Below, one piece after another: positions 12,843 through 24,573 of a stretch of 64,000 nucleotides of DNA. This stretch comes from Phoronis australis (lineage: Eukaryota; Animalia; Phoronida): assembly GCA_002633005.1 (NCBI GenBank), contig NMRA01000508.1, positions 41,250 through 105,249 on the forward strand, in the 5' to 3' direction. Under the pieces are notes generated by a model. The model searched no databases and was not told where the DNA came from. It saw only the letters and a list, made by a program, of their open reading frames with translations. The position numbers and the translations under genes are program-made. Position 1 is the stretch's first letter; every line of letters begins with the position of its first letter.

Positions 12843-15016
12843 AATATATGCTGTTGTGTATTTCACTGAAGAGGGCAGTGTAGAAGTAGTACCCATGTGT
12901 TGGGTTTGTGTGAAGGGAGAGGATTGCAACCTGCCACCTTCAACTCTCAGAAGAGATAGCTTGTGGTGGACTGGATCTAATCTTGCACCATGCAGAAATT
13001 AAGTATGCTACTTAAGTAAATTTCCTGCTCATCAATAGTTTTCTTCATTGTTGTAAAATGTAAAAATGTTTAAACCTGTGTAAGTATAGCTGTGAGAAAG
13101 TTGAACAATAAACTCTCTAATGCTTAGCTTCGTCAGTTGTACTTTTTAACGGCGTCATTTTTAATAATTACATATAATAGGATATTTTTGTTTGAAATTT
13201 AAAGATGCAAGTTAAAGGTGGCAGAAACTGAAGATCAATTGAAATGAAGGCTGAAGTGCTGAGCTGAAGTATGCTGGTAAAGAGACGGTGACAGAAGATA
13301 GGAGGCAACAAACAGGTAAACAAAAATGTTATAGATTTCAAAATTGATGAATTGTCAAATCTTTTGAACACCTAGTCTTTCTTTAGCATTGTGAACAAAA
13401 CTGATTTTTTTCAACTTTTATAGTAATATTCCTTATTATATAGAAGTTTAGTTTTTCATAACAAGCTAACCCTAAAATTAAACTTTCTAAATATGAAACC
13501 AAAGACCTCAACATATGTTTTTGATGAATTTGCTTTGTAGTTAATTCAAAACTTACTTTCATTTATTTTTGCAATTTGACGGGAAAAGCTGTGCAAGTTT
13601 TAGAGTACGTCCAAGAACTTGGTAGTGACGAACACGATTGATTCTGCAGTGCATATTAATTTGGGCCTTCTTGTATAAAGGTTTAACTGGGAGTACTTCT
13701 TTATGCCTGATTAAAAATATTTCGTATTTTATTTAACTTGCAGATGGCATCTTAATTTTGTACCGATATGTTTCAATCTGGTCAAATTTTACCATTCTGT
13801 TAAGTCTTTTTAAAAGTTTATACTGCTTGGGCTGGAGTTCTTATAAAGACTGTGTTGAGAGACATCTTCACCTTACATTAAATTCTGAGACAGTTGAAAG
13901 AAATGCATTGTTACAGTTGCTAAAATTGCTTTAAATTCCAGTGCTCTACACTCCATAGCTTGATTAACATTCAGTTTTTCATTGAAATGTTTAGGATTAA
14001 TTATTTGCTTCTTCGATGTTCTTTTAGGCACAAAATTGTATTTTAGTTTTATTGACTTACATCTCATGTCCTGTGTTTTTCATAGTGCCCCATGGATCCC
14101 TGTTTAAGTATCCTTGAAAATGTTTTTGTTGTATTTTACCAAATGTTTAACATACGCATAATTCTTGTAGTCATAATTACAGTAAGTTTGTTGATTTGCT
14201 CATATTTCTGTATTTTATGTCCTGCAATGAAATTGTTATTACTGGAAAGCTCACTTTGGTAACCATTACGCTAATGGAACAATGATAAATTTTATTTTTT
14301 TGTTCCAAACCAAACATAGTTCTGAGTATTCTTTGATATATCAGCTCAGGCTTTGTAATCAGCATTATTTTTTTAGTCTAGTATTCATGTGCGCACCCAG
14401 CCAAAAATGGGGGGCTCGAATTTTTGAGAATGTGGAGCTTCTACTCAGATTCAGGGGTAGATTCAGAGCTATGAATTTTCCATTCCTGGAATTTTTTTTG
14501 TTCGTGCCTTTAAGTGGACTTTTGTTTTCTACTTTTTTCGATGTTTTTTAATCCTTAAATCAGTTCATGTATATATCCTCCATGGGAGCAGGCGGGAAAA
14601 GCGGGTGGCTGAAAAGTCGAAGGGCGGTGCGACGTTGGCAAACAGTTGCCTGTTAGTTGGTGCAACACTGGCGAACAGCCGCCTCTACGTACATTGGCGA
14701 ACAGTTGCCTCTAAGTTGGTGCGACGTCTGTAAACAATTGCTTGCAGGGTGGCGGGACGTTGGTAAGTGGTCGGAATTGAATTGGCGCGACGTCGGTAAA
14801 GGGTCGTATTTCCGCCGTCGGCCCCTGGTCGTACCGTCGTCGGTTATTAGTCAGCAGTCGGGAAAACGTCGGGTCATCGGCGGCCCAACTGCGACACTCT
14901 TACGACGTTGTTACAACATTCATCCGATGGACAAAATCATGTTGGTCCGGCGTCAGACACCAACGTTGGTCCGACGTAACGGTATTCGTCGGACCACCGT
15001 CAGCATGCTTTCTGGG
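12843..15016 (+). mobile_element. EnSpm/CMC-like DNA transposon remnant (accessory-ORF fragment + right end with subterminal repeats)
   Basis: An exon-like fragment at 12843-12940 reads YAVVYFTEEGSVEVVPMCWV...C.LPP, resembling the N-terminus of DUF4806-type accessory proteins. Region 14625-15016 is built of ACGTTGG/CCGACGT repeats and ends in ...TGCTTTCTGGG (CCCAG-type terminus). Confidence 0.45.
14385..14560 (+). mobile_element. Truncated MITE related to the 57650-57891 element
   Basis: Starts CATGTGCGCACCCAG..GGGGCTCGAATTTTT, similar to 57650-57720. Confidence 0.5.
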
Positions 15017-15245
15017 TTCCCACTCGAGCATCGCATGGTACAGGGTCACCCAACGCTCCCGGCCGGGCTTTCCCCGGGTCTAAGCCGCCCCCAAAACCCA
15101 ACTCATCCTCACTCATATCGCAGCAAATCCTGGCGAAATTCAGCCGGTTTAGGTCACATTTTATTACCCTAATGTCGTGAAATAATCATTTTAGTTTTAC
15201 TAGTTTTATTAAAATAATTCTACATTTCAGGTCATTGACCAGACT

Positions 15246-17033
15246 ATGGCAATTAGCTCCAAGGACGCAGACGACATTCGAAGGCTATTAAAATGTCCCA
15301 TCTGTTTAGAAAGACTAAAAACGCCACGCCAACTGCCGTGTATTCATACGTTTATTGACAAACGGCAAGTTTTCATGTCCACGGTGTAATCGACGTTTCG
15401 ATATCCCCAAAGAAAGCGCTGCTGGTTTTGCCTTCAGTCATTTCATCAGTAACCTGAACGACTGTGTTCCTAAAACGACCAATGTCTTCTGTTATGTGTG
15501 TCATCTCAAGGGATCCACAGTGGGGGCAGATTTCATGTGTATACAGTGCACTCATCACTTGTGTAAAAAGTTTGCGGACGTTCACTGTCAGACTGGAATC
15601 AATTTAACCACAAAAACAAAACCGGTTTTTATGTTATGCAAAGCTCTGGAGCACGATCACCACAAGATGAAGAATATTGAAGAGGCGGCACAGGAAGCAA
15701 TCGAGGTGCTCACAGCTTTGATGGAGCCGTGGATAGACGCAGTGGATCACGCGAAGGCTTTGTCAGATAAACGCAAGAATGTTTGCGAGGAACTGAACCA
15801 AGAACTTTTGCAACGAAAGGTTGAAGAAGTTGGCAAAATTTTTGATGATTTCAAGAAGAAGATTGACGACGAACTGGAAACAAAGAGAAGTGAAGCGATC
15901 ATTAAACTGACCGAGAAGTTCGAGTCGGTCCAAAAACAAAGTCAAGCAGCTTACGAGGTGGCTGAACACAGTCAACTGTCTCTGATGAGTACATTGAGAT
16001 ACGCCAAGAGACTGGTTGAAAGAGCACATCCTGCTGAAACAACTCTACAGTACCATGACATGGCTGCCACTCTGACATCGTTAGAAATCAGTCAGTTTGA
16101 ACTTAATGCAGACAGACATGTGTTTAACTTTGTACCACCTGAACTGTCAGTACCTAACGTGTCTGTTGATAGTGAATCTACTGTAGAATCACAACTAATG
16201 GACACAAAAGTGTCACAACTTCATCTTTCAACCAAATCACCCAATCAGCCTGTCACTCCACCACTGACTGTTAAAGAACCTGCGGGTAGTGTTGGTAGTT
16301 TTACCAGCCGGGGTGAGGGGAAGAGGTGGTCTTTGTGTTGGGGACTGGTAGTTTGTGATGGGGGGTTTGATGTAACAGACGCGCACAACGAAACTGTTAA
16401 AGTGTTCGACATGCACAACTTTAAACTAAAGTTGAAGTTACAACAAACTCGCCACAAACTGCAGCAGCCGTTCGCCCTGACATGCCATAAAGATGTTCAC
16501 ATCTTCATCACCGACCTCCCCATTAAGGATGTTGTCAGGTATGATGGCCGTGGTGAAGGTGTGTCGTGATGTGTATAAAGACGCTGGCTATGTTACATGT
16601 CATGGAGACGTACTGGTTGTGTCTGAAACAGGCGGGGGACGGGTACTTATTACAGATCTTGACTGTGATATTCACCAACAGTTGCACGGCCCCACCCTGG
16701 GGCTGAGTAAGTTCAGACCAGTTAGTGGTCAGTGGGTGTAAGCCCGGTGGTGTTCATGTAATAGACCCGACACGGCCGGCCGTTGTATCCACACTGACAC
16801 ATGTACTGAGAGACTTCCCTTACGTTGTGTGTGTAGACCCACACGGTCACGTTCTGATGGCAGACTGTCACAATAATCAGGTGATTTTATATAACAACGC
16901 ACGTGCACACGTGATCGTGCCCCCTGGTGGTGTCCAGTATCCAACTGGTTGATGTCTCCCAGCCGCGGGTCAGGTGTCTGTAGTGGAGCGGGATACAGGT
17001 GTGGTGAAGACATTTCAGTACTTGGAGGAATAA
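15246..17033 (+). pseudogene. TRIM-NHL (TRIM2/3-like RING-Bbox-coiled-coil-NHL) pseudogene, intronless coding region
   Basis: ATG 15246 gives CPICLERLKTPRQLPCIHTF, then a deletion/frameshift removes the RING C..C. The next frame gives CPRC, a B-box (CYVC..ADFMCIQC..LC), a coiled coil and NHL-like repeats (VTDAHNETVKVFD, ITDL, VCVDPHGHVLMADCHNNQV), with further frameshifts near 16560, 16725 and 16950. Stop at 17031-17033. AATAAA at 17260. Confidence 0.85.
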
Positions 17034-19483
17034 TGTTATGTAGTACTCAACAACGCGTTTTTCTGCGCAATGTGTAGATATAATGTGTATCATAAGCACA
17101 ACGATATTTTTATAACTAGAATATCATTCGTCTGCTCAGTGTGATGTATGTTTAACATTTACCATTTTATTGTATAGATGGGGTGAATCATGAACTATTA
17201 GTTAGATGTTGGGTGGTAACTAGTTCCGACTTGTGACAAGTGTTTAAGTTGTTTATTTTAATAAATTTGTAACACTGCCATGCTTTTGAAGTTCGATGTC
17301 TGTCGCAGTTTGACGTGTACATTTCGGTGCGTTGTTTTGCATTTTGCGTTTAGAAAACAATCACTTCAATGCTGATAAATTTTGGTTGGACATTATTCAG
17401 AGAAAATTGGTTTATAAAATTGATCGGCAACTTGACGGTATTATGATATACGTCTAACAAAAATACTAGCTTTTAAGGTTTTAAAAAATTCTTTCTACAA
17501 CACATTTTATGAAGGAGGTATTCACCTGTTACATGCATGATACATTTAAATACTGGTGGCCAATAAAAACCTTGTTTGACATGACATCGAGGTCGTTTGA
17601 TAATCGCCCGATCTTAGATTTTCACTTACATGTAACATGTAAGCCTATCTGGTGATGGCGGCGGTTGTACTGCATATTATTGTACTTACAGTATACACTG
17701 ATGCTATTAAAAATTTATTCGTTTCGCAGTATTTCAATTCATTCAATAAAGCAAACGTGTACAGTATGCAGTAAGGTAAAAAGAAACGAATATTCAAGCA
17801 CACTTGCACATAAAAATAATCAGTGCTATAGCCAAAAAGACGTGAAAATTTCCCAATGTTTGATATACACGTATTCTGTTACCGCTTTTCAGAAAATCGG
17901 TTGAATGAATGAACTTAAAACCGTATATTCTGCTTTAAATTAGTAACCTGAAAATTAGTTACCACTGGCGAAGACACGGATTTCTATTTTTAGCAGAAAG
18001 TCCTATTAGTAAGGTTTCAGATTCGAACATGCAGAAGGAACACGGGCTGTAGTGTTCCTAAAGAAATTCGTTTTCTTAAACTTCCATCTTTTTGTGGCAC
18101 AAGTAGTCGCCACTGCACAAATATTGAAAGCGCACGCTATCTCGCACCAATTATGAGTGCTAAGAAGACACAACTTTGCTTACACTGAATGGATCGGGAA
18201 GGAAAACTGAACTTTTCAACCAAGCAAGGGTAATTTCTCACAAGTTTAAATATTTCAAGTTAAACCTTTGTTTTTACGCGAACCTTTTTTAATTTCGCCA
18301 ATTCCCAAGACATATTTATAGGACATTAACTCATCGCCTACTCCAAAAATCAATCTACAAAGTTTTCAAAACTCATCATGTTTGAAATATCTCTGTAAAT
18401 TTTCAAATCTAAAAAATGTGACAGATAAACTTAATCGACAGACGTTCCAGGACTTTTCATACAATTAGTAAAAATCAATTTCTTATACTTCAAAATGATA
18501 TTTCTCAAAACTGCATTTCCCCAGTATTCATTGGTGCCAAAAACGAAAAATGAGTGACATGTAAGACTCTGTAAACGCCCATAAAAGTGGTCACATGACA
18601 TTTGTTACTGTGATGAGACTTTAGTGAGTTCCCTTACCAATACAGCGAGGAGAATTCTACTCAAAAGAACGCTTTAGAGTTTCTTGAGCTTGACATCGCC
18701 GGCAAGTTCGGAAAAAAGAAAATGTTTAAAACCCCCAAGTGTATCAGATAAATTTCAACGTTGACAGCCAAGCCGAGTGGACACTCCTCCCTCTACTTTA
18801 AATTCATGCATACGTTCCAGTAACCTGTTGTTACGTCACGTCCATTTCAGATCGCGGTTCCAACACTCCGGTTTCCCGCTTTACTGCTGTGAAATAAATG
18901 TATTCGTTCAGGTTATGTAAGACTTTATCGACAAGTCTTTGTGCTTAACAAAATATTTAGAACACTGTATATTTCAACTTTGTAAAATATGTATTTCTGA
19001 AAGTAGAAAAAAATCCCGTAGAATTTGATTTTTGAATTTTTACAAATCTGTTATTAATGTGGTCACGTGGCCATGTCTTTTTAATAAAATTGAGCAAAAG
19101 AGCAAGAGGCATTGATAGCAAAACTACGGTATTAATAACAAATTTTATTAGACATAAATTTTCAAGATGAAGTATCAAGAACGCCGTTAGAGGCTTCTAA
19201 ATATTCGTTTTCGGATGCTTTCGAGGGTGACACTCGATAGATTAGGAGTACACCTAGTCAGCGTAAGATACAAGTGCTACGTTTCTGTCATTTTAGCCGT
19301 TGAAAACGTCGTGATACGTCAGAGCCACCACCAGGCACTAAAGGGTGTCATCAGGGGCGGTTCGCCCGCTCTCTCCTCGCCACTGCACTAAATGATGCAA
19401 AAATTTATTATGCAAAGTGCTGCAGACGCTGCGGGTAATTAACGAGACCCGTCAGTATCAAACAGCAGGCATTTCCGCTATGT

Positions 19484-19558
19484 CATGGGCGGCGCACCAT
19501 AGGGGGCTGGAGGGGGGGGGGCTATAGCCCCATTTTTTTCAGTGCTGCGCCGCCCATG
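19484..19558. mobile_element. 75-bp mini-MITE
   Basis: Perfect TIR CATGGGCGGCGCA / TGCGCCGCCCATG, flanked by ATGT on both sides. Confidence 0.75.
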
Positions 19559-21144
19559 ATGTAAGGTGTATTTTCAGAAGCGTCGTATTTCCTTGCTTTC
19601 GTTACAGAGGCGCCAAAATTGCAATTCGGAGCGCCAAATCTTAACTAAACTTTAATACATCAAACAGTATATTTAAAATTTTCACTTTCACCATTTTGTC
19701 GCTGTTTATCAAAGTGTGTTTCCCTTGCATCACAGAGCACGTTGCCCCAACTTGAACCCGCAACCCACTACATAAACCACGTGACTACTGACAAACGTTA
19801 AAAGGATACCAAATCTGGTTTTCAAGTTGGTCTATCAACAATATATTAAAAACGACGTTCCCATTCATTTACCGGAATTGAAGAGGTCAGGGCTAAGTCT
19901 ATTCCTACTGAAACAGTCAAATTTAACAACAAAAAAACCCACGAAGCTAAACAAATGCATTACATCAGATATTATATTTTCCATTAATTTTCGAAACAAG
20001 TTTTACGTACGACTGAAATGCACTCCTCGCGAATCATCACTGCATGAAACCATACTTAGCAATTTTAAATCTCATAATAAGTTAATAAAAAGCAATTGTA
20101 GTGAAAATGAAACTAATTAAGCTCATTATTCCATACAAGTGATCCAAGAAATTCCTAAGAATTTCTTAAATTAAAGGGATTTGAACAATTGATCAACATG
20201 TCACAAACAACGTTTTTAAAGAGGACAATTTCTTCAAAGTTTATAATGCGCGTGTTGCGGATAAATTTGACTTCTTTGTCAACTTTGGTCCCAACTTGGA
20301 AAATTCCATGGACAGACTGTATCATACCCCTTGACAAAGAGCTCATCGCGCGAAACGTGGGGAATATTTTGATTTATTTTAGTACCAGCGCTCGTCGTTT
20401 TAGTGTTACAATTACCCAGTCGTTAAATTACTTCCGACGATTGTTTCCCCTGTCCCACGTCGTTTGGCTCAAACACTAACGATAATACACGACGAGTAAC
20501 AGAACAGAGGCATTTATCAAACTTCAGTCTCACTACCCATCCTACGACCAATGTTTTCCCTCCCAGCTTCTAATAAAAAACCAAAATTGTCTAATATTTA
20601 AGATATACCATGGGCGAATTCAGGATTTTGAGTGGGGGAGGGCAGGACAAAGTGTTAACCAGTATTTCCCGCCAGACATTTGAATTCCGGAATTTTAGAA
20701 GGTATGGACTCCTTGACCCCCCCCCCCCCTTAAAAACGTCACGGTACGCTAACTACTTAACAGACATCTTTCCTGCAAACGTCTTGTTAACAATTGTTAC
20801 TCATGCATTTGAAAGCTTTTCCTTACATCCAAAAGATCACGTTTTATCAACTTGATGATGTGATTTGCAAAATATCTAACTGCGTCGCTTGTAATGAACA
20901 AAACTTAAGTCGTAAGGCTTTAACACCATTAGGAGATATTAAAGCATTAGCATTACCAAAAATTATTCATACAATCTTTGTCACACCTCCTTTCTCATTA
21001 CCCAATCTAGGTGGCACTATATAACAACTGAACTAGAAACACTTCTTCAATTTCATTAGGAATAATAAAAAACCTAGAGTTACTGGGTAGTAAATCGATA
21101 ATTCTTGGAATGTCTTTCCTGTCACATACAAACAGGAAAAGGAA

Positions 21145-21470
21145 TTTTTCTTCAGTTTCCCGGCCATGTAGTTTAGATGGCCAGTCCGGTCTTCTGGGCA
21201 AAGTCTACAGTTCGCCCCAGTGACGCTGTCGGGCCCCACAGTCTTACTTTGAGTTCCAGCGGACTGGGCCATGTCTGTCACCTTCGGATGTCGAAGGTAG
21301 GGCAGCGCTGCACAAAGGGTGTCTGGGGGTCAGTGGCGGCGGGCACTCGTCTGTGCGAGAGAGTTTTAGGCGATGCATATGGGAGAGCAGCTGGCAGTGT
21401 ACAGTTCTTAGCCTGAAGATGGTGACTTGTTATCGCCAGTCTAGCTGGTAGATACATGATCTTCTTCAAT
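21145..21470 (-). mobile_element. 3' end of a non-LTR retrotransposon (I-group / Ingi-like), decayed
   Basis: Minus strand reads VTIFRLRTVHCQLLSHMHRLKLSRTDECP..QTPFVQRCPTFDIRR*QTWPSPLELKVRLWGPTASLGRTVDFAQKTGLAI* (C-terminal zinc-knuckle region of ORF2). It is followed by a short 3' UTR and a GAAGAAAAA tail. Confidence 0.7.
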
Positions 21471-21899
21471 ACTGGCTCTGACGTAGGCGTTCCAAAGAGG
21501 AATAAACAAAAGTATTGGAAGTAATTTCAAAATTGTAACTAGTAATACCTGTTATCAGTCCGAAGCGTGAAATTTCCACATCCAATGAAATTTAGACAAA
21601 ATGAACCCGATTTGGCTTATATAAACGACTTTTTCGTCCACTTCTCTGGAACGAAATGATGCTCTGTAACCCTGAACAACCCTCAGGTCTTGGAATGGCC
21701 AATGACAACAAGAGGAAAACTTCCAGGTGATGTATTGTACCACAAATAGGTTGTTGTAAAATTTACCGGAAATAAACGTTTTTGCAGACGATAAAGAGGA
21801 AACTGGAAGTGAAATAAGAACAGGAAATGGAAACGGAAAAACGAGGAAAATTTTAAAACCTGAATCCTCGTAAGTTTGGTGAAAACTTTGAAAGCCCCA

Positions 21900-22240
21900 T
21901 GAATTGTCTCAGCGTTGCAGAGCATTACTTTGTTTCAGGTCAGAACAAGGTTTGGCATTCTCTTATAATGGACACATGTTTATACCAAATTTCATAAAAT
22001 TTTATCAAATAACTCCAAAGATACGGAGGCAAACGTCAAATGAATCAAATTGCCACTAGGGGGCCCAGCAATAGTCAGTAACTCGTGCAGCTGGCGTCGT
22101 CAGCTTAAAATGAAGTTATGATAATACACCTGCCAAATCTCATAAGATCCGGCAAGCGGTATGGAAGATACGGTAGTGGACGCCCAGGGACGGTCAATAA
22201 GCACCCATATACGTGCACTGTATATGCAAGGGTATAACGA
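21900..22240 (+). repeat. Interspersed repeat, diverged copy also at about 27900-28230
   Basis: Shared blocks AACTCCAAAGATAC, CACCTGCCAAATCTCAT / CATCTGTCAAATCTCAT and similar 3' ends. Confidence 0.5.
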
Positions 22241-22361
22241 ATTGCATAATGTTTACAAAAATTTATTATCTCCATCGTTAACAGTTACATAAAACAACCC
22301 CTCCCCCCTCGGCCCAAACCACTGACGAACCATCCAAGTACATTTACACTGCCCGGTTTAG

Positions 22362-23313
22362 ACAGCAGAGACATAATGTGGACTAGGGTAACAAGGCTAT
22401 GAATTATGTCAAAAAAATATTTTAACATTTTGTTAAAACAAAATACTCCGAAATACGAGTAACGGTGGGGTATAATTTTCTCTCAATTAATTATCCAAGG
22501 AATCAGAAACTTGAATTAAATTATCCTCCGTCGCATTGCACATGTATACGCTTCATGTATATTGCAAACATACAAGTTCAAATAAAAGTGGAGACACTTC
22601 GCATTCAAGATAGTCTTGACTAGTCCAACTAGTGTTATTTGTTAAGATATTCTCCCATAGATGGCGTCCACGTCTTAGGACTTTTGTTATGTCAGAGCTC
22701 ACGTATGGACTTTTGAAAACCAAGATATCTCACGTGGTACAGTGAACGGCATTTCTATTAAAACGTTATCAACTTCAAGTTGTGAATGTAAAACCTTCAT
22801 AACATACTTGGCCATGTTGAATGACGACTGAAATATTNACAGCAGAGATATAATGTGGACTAGGGTAACAAGGCTATGAATTATGTCAAAAAATATTTTA
22901 ACATTTTGTTAAAACAAAATACTCCGAAATACGAGTAACGGTGGGGTATAATTTTCTCCCAATTAATTATCCCAGGAATCAGAAACTTGAATTAAATTAT
23001 CCTCCGTCGCATTGCACATGTATACGCTTCATATATATTGCAAACATACAAGTTCAAATAAAAGTGGAGACACTTCGCATTCAAGATAGTCTTGACTAGT
23101 CCAACTAGTGTTATTTGTTAAGATATTCTCCCATAGATGGCGTCCACGTCTTAGGACTTTTGTTATGTCAGAGCTCACGTATGGACTTTTCAAAACCAAG
23201 ATATCTCACGTGGTACAGTGAACGGCATTTCTATTAAAACGCTATCAACCTCAAGTTGTGAATGTAAAACCTTCATAACATACTTGGCCATGTTGAATGA
23301 CGACTGAAATATT
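22362..23313. repeat. ~476-bp tandem duplication across a single N (probable haplotype/contig overlap artefact)
   Basis: 22362-22837 is nearly identical to 22839-23313, with a handful of substitutions, separated by the n at 22838. Confidence 0.85.
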
Positions 23314-24573
23314 AATTAAATGCATCTATACATGCATAACTAATAACATACATTCAAAGTGACGCTTCAGTTGTAACATCTTATGTACAAATTATACCTT
23401 AGAGGAGAAAGTAGCAATTCTAGAACACAGTTTCGAAAATACAAGCAGCGAAAAATAGAATCCCGTGATTCAAGGAAAATCTTAAGATAAATCTACAGAT
23501 ACCTAAAATTGATAGCAAAACAATTGGCCTAATCCAAATATACTAGATTTTCAAAATCTCACAAATCTATGTAAGTGCGTATCACTGACACTGTAAAGTG
23601 AAAACTAGTCTAACAAAATAATAAATCGCGTGCACTTATTAAACTACGTCAAGCAGCAGTCCCACAAATTGTCACGAATAACTGACAAGAGTGGCTGTAA
23701 AGCCAAAAGGAATTTCATTAAAAATTTAATCGAATTAATTGAAAGTAGCATAGACGACGCTCACACCTCCCTCTTGTGGTTCAGAAACCAATCACCAAAA
23801 GTATGTACAACCAAAATCCTTGGGAACAAAACCCAAGCAAACTAAAGTTGCCCAGTAACCACTCTTGCCCTCACAGACGACCCTCTCAGTCTGTCATGAA
23901 CGCAATCGCCATCATCGTTCCGGAGATATCACATCGACGACATGCTATGGACTATTGTCCATGTCGCGAGACGCCCAATGGATTGTCTATTCACAGCGTT
24001 CTTCAAAGCATACAACACCGTGGAATGTCTTCCAGTGCTTTTTTATAATGAATTGTTAGCGACCACCACGTCGCTCAACCAGTCCAGCAGCCCAGAATTA
24101 GAAATTCAGTCCCAGGAAAGACGCTTTTTTGGTCTCACAAGGCTAAAAATGCACATAAAGTATTCGGACTTATTACCCGCAATCTGTAAGTCCTTCGTTA
24201 TGGACCATAATTTATTTCTATAATTTATTTCTTCCAAACATATTTGCTTCTTCACAAACCACAATTTGATGACTCCAATGACAAACAGGAATGCCAACTC
24301 CAGCGACATCTTGCGACACTTGACATGACAAAAATTGTGATTGATAAGGGATGTGTTCGTCACCAACAATGGTGGAGGTACGATCAAATAAAAAAAATTC
24401 CATGAAAACCAACACTGTTAGACGTCTCGACTGTTTGTGAGGGACAAGAACTGATTAAACATCCTAATTTCCTTCCTTTTCCACCACCGATTAGCTGAAG
24501 CAGGTCCTGTGGCCACCAGCAGCTAAAGAATAAACTGTCCACACTCTCATACCCCACACAAGTCCATCCAGTC

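Noticed and set aside
14657-15172. 171-aa ORF
   Set aside because: It runs through GC-rich subterminal repeats of a transposon end and has no protein motif.
22362-23313. Recent biological tandem duplication
   Set aside because: The copies abut a single N and differ by a few SNPs, as expected for an allelic contig overlap.
23630-24415. Cluster of short ORFs downstream of the PRDM stop
   Set aside because: No recognisable motifs; most simply explained as 3' UTR or intergenic sequence.
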